Below, one piece after another: positions 58,475-64,000 of a stretch of 64,000 nt of DNA (the first letter of the stretch is position 1; the number at the start of each line of letters is the position of its first letter). Below the pieces are notes generated by a model. It was not told the origin of the DNA. It did no database searches and worked only from the letters and a program-made list of their open reading frames with translations. The DNA is from an uncultured Candidatus Saccharibacteria bacterium (GTDB lineage: Bacteria > Patescibacteriota > Minisyncoccia > Phycocordibacterales > SW-6-46-9), in the NCBI GenBank assembly GCA_964534365.1, contig CAZHOI010000001.1, forward strand, positions 188,171 to 252,170, read 5' to 3'. A program made the position numbers and the translations under genes.

Positions 58475-58551
58475 GTCATCCGTCATCCGTCATCCGTCAT
58501 CCGTCATCCGTCATCTGTCATCCGTCATCTGTCATCTGTCATCTGTCATCT
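58475..58551. repeat. heptanucleotide tandem repeat (GTCATCY)x11
   Basis: Eleven contiguous units between the tatD stop and the rpsF promoter. Confidence 0.95.
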
Positions 58552-58553
58552 GT

Positions 58554-59369
58554 TTAAAGATTGAACACTCGTCTGGCGTTGGCCACCAACTGCATTTGAA
58601 AGCTTTGCAGTGATTTTTCACCTCTAATCATGAATAAAGCTTTGATGACTTCATCAACATATAGGGGCGAGTTTTGTTTACCTCTATGAGGTACAGGCGC
58701 AGCATAAGGGGCGTCAGTTTCTGCATGAATCATATCTGATGGAATATATTTAATAACTTGATCATAATCACGAGCAAACGTAATTGGACCATCAAATGAC
58801 AAGGTAAAATTAAGATCCAAAAAACGCTTGGCTATTTCCCGATTACCGACAAAAAAATGCACGTTACCTGGCCATTCCGGTAGCTCGTCCCTCCGTTGGG
58901 ATAAAATTTCAATCATATCCAGATACGCATTCATGGTACCTTTGGAAGGGCGACCATGTAGCATTAGTGGTAACTGAAACTCTGCGGCTAATTCAATTTG
59001 TTTCCTTAAGTTATTTACTTGGACATCGTAAACTCTATCACGTGGCGTTCGATAGTAATCCAGTCCACACTCCCCAATTGCTATAATCTTTTTTTTAGCC
59101 AAATGGTGCCTGAGGCCTCCTGAGTTAACACCGAGTATACTTCGATATATCGCAGTATCAAAGTCATTTAATTCAGTCGGGTGCTGACCGATAGTGGCCC
59201 ATATATTTTCATGCTTATTAGCCAACTCCACCGCAGCTCGCGAAGTTTCAATATTAGTCCCGACAACAATTGTTCCCCAATTTCGATTTTCTAATTCCTG
59301 AATCACCTCTACTCGAGAATTATCAAAGTCTGCAAACTGCAAATGACAATGGATGTCAATTACCTTCAT
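58554..59369 (-). CDS. tatD: TatD family hydrolase
   Basis: IDIHCHL, GQHP, AIGECGLDY, ETDAPY. Confidence 0.93.
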   Translation of the reverse strand: MKVIDIHCHLQFADFDNSRVEVIQELENRNWGTIVVGTNIETSRAAVELANKHENIWATIGQHPTELNDFDTAIYRSILGVNSGGLRHHLAKKKIIAIGECGLDYYRTPRDRVYDVQVNNLRKQIELAAEFQLPLMLHGRPSKGTMNAYLDMIEILSQRRDELPEWPGNVHFFVGNREIAKRFLDLNFTLSFDGPITFARDYDQVIKYIPSDMIHAETDAPYAAPVPHRGKQNSPLYVDEVIKALFMIRGEKSLQSFQMQLVANARRVFNL

Positions 59370-60886
59370 TTTCGGGGGAACAAATTATCAGGCTTTGCCC
59401 TTTCATCAATAGCGTGCATAATTTTTTGTGCTGTGTCGGGCAAAGCTGGTTGCAATAAAACCGCCAATTCGTGCAACCGTATCGCGCAATAGGCAACATC
59501 GGCCTTGGCCTTAACTTCATTAGTTTTAATTGTTTTAAAAGGTTCTTCGGTTGCAATATATTCGTCCAAGGCCCCTAGTTCTGACCACAACCAATCCATA
59601 GCTTCATTAAATTTAAAATTGTTGATTAAACCAAAATATTTAATAGCTTCATCACTAGCAATAATTTCAGCTTGATCTTGTACCCCATAATCGACTTCAT
59701 ACTGTTCTGCCATAGTAAGTACCCGAGAAACTAAATTACCTAAACCATTTACTAGTCCGGATTGATAAGCGGCAGCAAAACGATTAGCGGTTACGTCAGA
59801 ATCATCTATTGGGTGGACGTGCCGTAATAGATAATATCGCAAGGCATCAGTGCTATAATCAGAAATTAAATTAAATGGATCAATGACATTTCCAATTGAT
59901 TTAGACATTTTCTGACCCTCTGAATTAATAAAACCATGATAAAACACCCGATCGGTTGGCTGTAATTCAGCTGACATCAGCATCGCCTGCCACATTAGCG
60001 ATTGCATGCGCACCTGGTCCTTGCCAGCAAATTGCACGGTCTCTGCTTCATTCCAAAACTCTTCAAATAAATTGGTTGCCCCATCTTCTGTCTCGACGGG
60101 TTTATCCAGCATTTTTTCTCCCCGAGAATTATTCTGAGCCGCGCCCTCTGGGGCCTTGGCGTAGGTGGGCCACCCTAAAGTAGAAATATAATTTGTTAGA
60201 GCATCGAACCAAACATACATTACATGATCATCGTCACCTGGCACAGCAACCCCCCAATCCAGTTGGTCGCGATGTCGTGAAATTGAGAAATCTTCCAATC
60301 CACCGGACACAAAAGACCTGGCCCAGTCGCGTTGATGGTTAGGTATCACCGTTTTTTCATCACTTAAATAATCCAGCAAAGGCTGTTCGTAGCGCGAGAA
60401 TTTAAAGAAATAATTTTCGGTGGTTACTTCTTCAGGTTTCTTATTGTGATCAGGACATTGACCATCAACTAAATCACGATCAGTAAGAAAAAGTTCGCAA
60501 CCGACACAATACATACCCGTAAATTGTTTTTTATAAATATCCCCTGCCGCCTCGCAGCGACGCCACATTTCTGTTGCTGCTAATTCGTGTTCGGGATCGG
60601 TAGTGCGTATAAAAGTATCGTTCGAGATATCAAATTGCTGCAGTAGATTTTGAAATTCATTTGCGTATTGATCAACGTATTGTTTGGGATCTTGACCTTT
60701 CTCCCCCGCCGCTTGTTTAATTTTCTGACCATGCTCATCAGTGCCGGTATTAAAAAAAACATTATGGCCCTGTAATCGCAAAACCCTGGCGTAATAATCC
60801 GCCTGGACAAATTCAAGGGCATGCCCAATATGAGGACGTGCATTCACATATGGCAAAGTAGTGGTTAAATAATACGATTTTGTCAT
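59366..60886 (-). CDS. metG: methionine--tRNA ligase
   Basis: PYVNARPHIGH, GTDEHG, YVWFDAL, KMSKS. Confidence 0.97.
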   Translation of the reverse strand: MTKSYYLTTTLPYVNARPHIGHALEFVQADYYARVLRLQGHNVFFNTGTDEHGQKIKQAAGEKGQDPKQYVDQYANEFQNLLQQFDISNDTFIRTTDPEHELAATEMWRRCEAAGDIYKKQFTGMYCVGCELFLTDRDLVDGQCPDHNKKPEEVTTENYFFKFSRYEQPLLDYLSDEKTVIPNHQRDWARSFVSGGLEDFSISRHRDQLDWGVAVPGDDDHVMYVWFDALTNYISTLGWPTYAKAPEGAAQNNSRGEKMLDKPVETEDGATNLFEEFWNEAETVQFAGKDQVRMQSLMWQAMLMSAELQPTDRVFYHGFINSEGQKMSKSIGNVIDPFNLISDYSTDALRYYLLRHVHPIDDSDVTANRFAAAYQSGLVNGLGNLVSRVLTMAEQYEVDYGVQDQAEIIASDEAIKYFGLINNFKFNEAMDWLWSELGALDEYIATEEPFKTIKTNEVKAKADVAYCAIRLHELAVLLQPALPDTAQKIMHAIDERAKPDNLFPRK

Positions 60887-60925
60887 TATTATAGGATATC
60901 GGATTAATCATTTATTCTCTAGCGA

Positions 60926-61996
60926 CTATTTATCGTCTAGTGATTTCAGACTCACCAGCTCAAATATGGATTTATGATCAGAACTTTTAAACGATTCTAG
61001 ATCAGACACAAATTCCATTAACCCCGCAGCCATCGGGACCGCCAAAATTAAGCCCAAAAATCCCGCCAACTGGGCACCAATTAGCAAAGATATAATTACG
61101 ATGATAGCTGGCACCCCAACTACTTTTTTAACCACAATTGGGTGAAATACGTGATTTTCAAGCTGCTGAATTACGAAATATAATAGTGCTACCAATAGTC
61201 CCAACTCAACTCCTCCATCTACAAAACCAACTAATATCGCTGGAATCGAGGCTAAAATAGGTCCAAAAAGTGGAATCAGTTCAAACATACCTGCTAAAAC
61301 CGCTAGCAAAAAGGCACCTTCAACCCCCAATATCCACAAGCCGATGAAGGAAAACACCCCAACAATTAATGACAATAATAGCTGTCCCTGTAACCAAGCT
61401 CCGATTTTCTTTCTGGTACGCCGCCACAAGTCGATGACATAATATTCATATGATCGTGGCGAAATTATGCGCAAGAAATTGGCAACCCCGTCTTCCTGAA
61501 CTGCTAGGTAAAACGAGATGACTACAATTAGAGCAAATGAAACTAATCCGCCAAATACGACATTAAATACCCCGACCGGAGAAGCTACGATATCAGTCGT
61601 AGCCACTCGAACCGAATCAAAAATCCCCTCTAAAGGCACCGTATTTTTAATCGAACCTAGGATCGGTGAAGAAACATCACTACCAGTTCCCAAAGATTCT
61701 ACATAGGAAGGAAATTGATTAGCCAGGGCCTGAAATTGCGCCACCACTGATGGGATAAAGAAATACACCGCCCCAAATAGAATTATCGCCGAAAGTAAAT
61801 AAACAATTACCACCGCATACACCCGGTCAATTTGATGGCGTTTGAACCAAGCAGTAATTGGTTCAATTGCGGACGCAACCACTATGGCAGTCAAAACAAT
61901 TAAAAACACATCACGCAATAGAAACAGTAAATAAGCGGCAAAAAACACCGCCACAACCTTTACGATCTGACTAAAAGGTATTTCTAATTTCACCAC
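60926..61996 (-). CDS. AI-2E family transporter
   Basis: Multi-TM; IPLFGP, QQLENH..P, GFLGLILAVP. Confidence 0.9.
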   Translation of the reverse strand: MVKLEIPFSQIVKVVAVFFAAYLLFLLRDVFLIVLTAIVVASAIEPITAWFKRHQIDRVYAVVIVYLLSAIILFGAVYFFIPSVVAQFQALANQFPSYVESLGTGSDVSSPILGSIKNTVPLEGIFDSVRVATTDIVASPVGVFNVVFGGLVSFALIVVISFYLAVQEDGVANFLRIISPRSYEYYVIDLWRRTRKKIGAWLQGQLLLSLIVGVFSFIGLWILGVEGAFLLAVLAGMFELIPLFGPILASIPAILVGFVDGGVELGLLVALLYFVIQQLENHVFHPIVVKKVVGVPAIIVIISLLIGAQLAGFLGLILAVPMAAGLMEFVSDLESFKSSDHKSIFELVSLKSLDDK

Positions 61997-62022
61997 TCTA
62001 TAATAGCACTTACTAGTGGTAC

Positions 62023-63909
62023 TTACTCGACCACTATTGCTTCGGATCGATTAAAATTGCTGTCGTTTCTTAATTCAGTTGTAATTGGACCAATCGCTTG
62101 GGTTTTGTCAGTTTGATTTTGTGAGTAGTAAAACATAATATCACCCAGCAGTACGGCGGCTAAACCTAATTGGCTACGCTCGGGCCTAAGCGCTACTTGA
62201 AACTGCGTCGCTTGTGCACCAGTTGATAAATTCCAAATTAGTTGATTACCTCGTACCTGAATGTTTTGTGGAGGGTTTAGGATAACTACGTTATTTGGGA
62301 TTCGGGCCACCATCTGATCCGCCACCGCCCCAGAAGCAGTCAGCGAGACATCTAAATTGATCGTATAAGTTGTTTCCTGATTTATTTTAGGTGGCAAGGG
62401 GCCGCGATTACTGAAATTAGACTGTCGATACGTGGCAAAAGCATCTAGTCCTGCTGATGGTTTAACCACATATTCATACGTACCACCAGCCAGTGAACGC
62501 CTAGTAGTTGCTTGTTCGGCAATGACTCCAGCCACGGCGTAATTAATATTTAGTATTTGACCAGCACCTGGCACGACCGAAAATTGTAATTCGACTGACT
62601 CGCCAGGACGTAATGATGCCAAAGCGCTATTGGTGCTTGAATTGAAAGTTACTTGATTAGAAACTTGATTGAAATTACCTCGATTAGGTTTGACAGAATT
62701 TACTTGCCCGATTAAATCAAATACAACCTCTAGACCGGTAATACTTGAATCAGTAGTGTTAGTAACCTCGAACTCTAATTCGGCTTCGTTATCAATTACC
62801 AACTCGGTCACGGTATTTCTTTCGATCAAAATTGGTGGTAACACAACACTGATATCACGTTTTAAATTAACAAGTGCCAAACCCTGGCTGTCTTTCACCG
62901 TAGTGGTAACCGTTATTAATCCCGAGGTAGTCCGATCCGCCTGGATGCTGCCACTGACTTGGACCGGCTGTTGTGGGGTAGGAGCTGGTATCGTTATAAT
63001 TTTGCTTTCATCATCTGTGGTTTGATTTTCCAGGTTAATCCCAAGCCCAGCCGCGCGATCAAATTCAATGATTAACTCATCTTCATCAAATTCGGCGGTT
63101 GTACTGATTACTAATGAAAACGGCAGCTCTTCTCCCACTGTTAGTTCTGACGGAAAATCATCTTGTAATGATATTTTAGTGCGTTCGATAGTGAATTCGC
63201 TATTAAACTCGAGAGCAAATAAATTAGCTGAATCTAAACCAGTATATTCAAGCTCGAAATCCAACTCGACTGGATCGCTTAGTTTACCCAATACTATCAA
63301 TGGTACCTCGAGACGTTTTATCTGCCCTGCTCCGATTAATCCAACTTCGGTCCTGGTTAAACGTTGGTTTTCAGGACTGGTGGCACCAGTTTGATATTTT
63401 GTCACTAACACTGCATTAGCCATCGGATTAGGATTCTGATTTTCAATGATAACCGTGCTTTGTAAGACTTCTCCAGTAACAACTTCAGCTGGGGGCGCTA
63501 CTCTAATCTGAACCAATTCTAGATCTATACCCCCGCGGTCATACCACCATACAAATCCAGCAACAGTTGAAGCTACTATCAACAGCCCAATAGTGATTAG
63601 CAAGGTTCTGCGATACCAATTAGTTCTTTGACCAGATTCTAGCGTCGCATCCAAGGGCTTACGGGCAGACTTGACCTTTACATCATCATCAATCCAATCT
63701 GACGGAGCATTTGATTGCCGGTTTTCGATTGATGCGTCTTCTAGGTTTTGATATTGATTAGTATTGGTGTTTGTTTCGTTTAGTTTCTGTGACAAATTTT
63801 CAAGCGGCTGCTTGTGTAGTGTGTCATTGATAATTTTATCTTTTTGTAACTGATGAGACTGCGAAGGTATATGCGAGCTAGACTTCTTAAATTTAGAGAA
63901 CAAATTCAT
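62023..63909 (-). CDS. hypothetical membrane-anchored protein with Ig-like domains
   Basis: 628 aa; single TM; GPLPPKINQETTYTI motif. Confidence 0.65.
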   Translation of the reverse strand: MNLFSKFKKSSSHIPSQSHQLQKDKIINDTLHKQPLENLSQKLNETNTNTNQYQNLEDASIENRQSNAPSDWIDDDVKVKSARKPLDATLESGQRTNWYRRTLLITIGLLIVASTVAGFVWWYDRGGIDLELVQIRVAPPAEVVTGEVLQSTVIIENQNPNPMANAVLVTKYQTGATSPENQRLTRTEVGLIGAGQIKRLEVPLIVLGKLSDPVELDFELEYTGLDSANLFALEFNSEFTIERTKISLQDDFPSELTVGEELPFSLVISTTAEFDEDELIIEFDRAAGLGINLENQTTDDESKIITIPAPTPQQPVQVSGSIQADRTTSGLITVTTTVKDSQGLALVNLKRDISVVLPPILIERNTVTELVIDNEAELEFEVTNTTDSSITGLEVVFDLIGQVNSVKPNRGNFNQVSNQVTFNSSTNSALASLRPGESVELQFSVVPGAGQILNINYAVAGVIAEQATTRRSLAGGTYEYVVKPSAGLDAFATYRQSNFSNRGPLPPKINQETTYTINLDVSLTASGAVADQMVARIPNNVVILNPPQNIQVRGNQLIWNLSTGAQATQFQVALRPERSQLGLAAVLLGDIMFYYSQNQTDKTQAIGPITTELRNDSNFNRSEAIVVE

Positions 63910-63930
63910 GTCTGCATTATAACACCAAGC

Positions 63931-64000
63931 TTATAGCTGAGAATTCTCTAGCGCTTGCCAGATGGATTTCTTTAACGTCGCCAAATCATAATTCGACTGT
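63931..64000 (-). CDS. C-terminal end of a gene starting outside the window
   Basis: Open frame QSNYDLATLKKSIWQALENSQL* ending at TAA 63931-63933. Confidence 0.4.
   Translation of the reverse strand, partial: QSNYDLATLKKSIWQALENSQL

Noticed and set aside
58475-58551. Possible CRISPR or iteron array
   Set aside because: Pure 7-bp tandem repeat without spacers or a rep gene.
8644-63394. Numerous short ORFs antisense to or nested within long genes (e.g. 20584, 32467, 38114, 48696, 52919, 62669)
   Set aside because: Shadow ORFs of well-supported genes with no motifs of their own.
1-64000. Alternative genetic code (TGA recoding), DGR/retron, rRNA, tmRNA or RNase P RNA
   Set aside because: Long conserved genes are intact under code 11 and TGA ends genes; no reverse transcriptase or signature sequences of these RNAs were seen.

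Overview
AT-rich bacterial chromosome segment using standard code 11. Gene content and style (many ORFans, pilin-like and secreted proteins, apparently leaderless genes, non-canonical EF-P loop) suggest a Patescibacteria/CPR (Parcubacteria-like) organism; this taxonomy is inferred. The left end holds a ~6.3 kb AT-rich integrative element (885-7184) inserted into the anticodon loop of tRNA-Thr(GGT). It leaves the host tRNA split in two and carries its own intact, compensatorily diverged tRNA-Thr, two tyrosine recombinases and an HTH-ImmA peptidase/DUF4411-PIN pair. The middle is rich in stress and envelope genes (Dps, MsrB, DUF2945, ChaB, TreS-like GH13, BON-LysM, PRC-barrel/LEA-like, a four-gene ligase/Lhr cassette). 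It also has a frameshifted sigma70 gene, three more tRNAs, several unexplained structured intergenic regions, a RAYT transposase with REP arrays, and acidic secreted proteins including a probable S-layer protein with a ~750 nt structured upstream region. The right end is housekeeping (ftsK, recA, efp, rpsR, ssb, rpsF, tatD, metG). All calls come from reading the sequence and ORF translations; no database searches were run.
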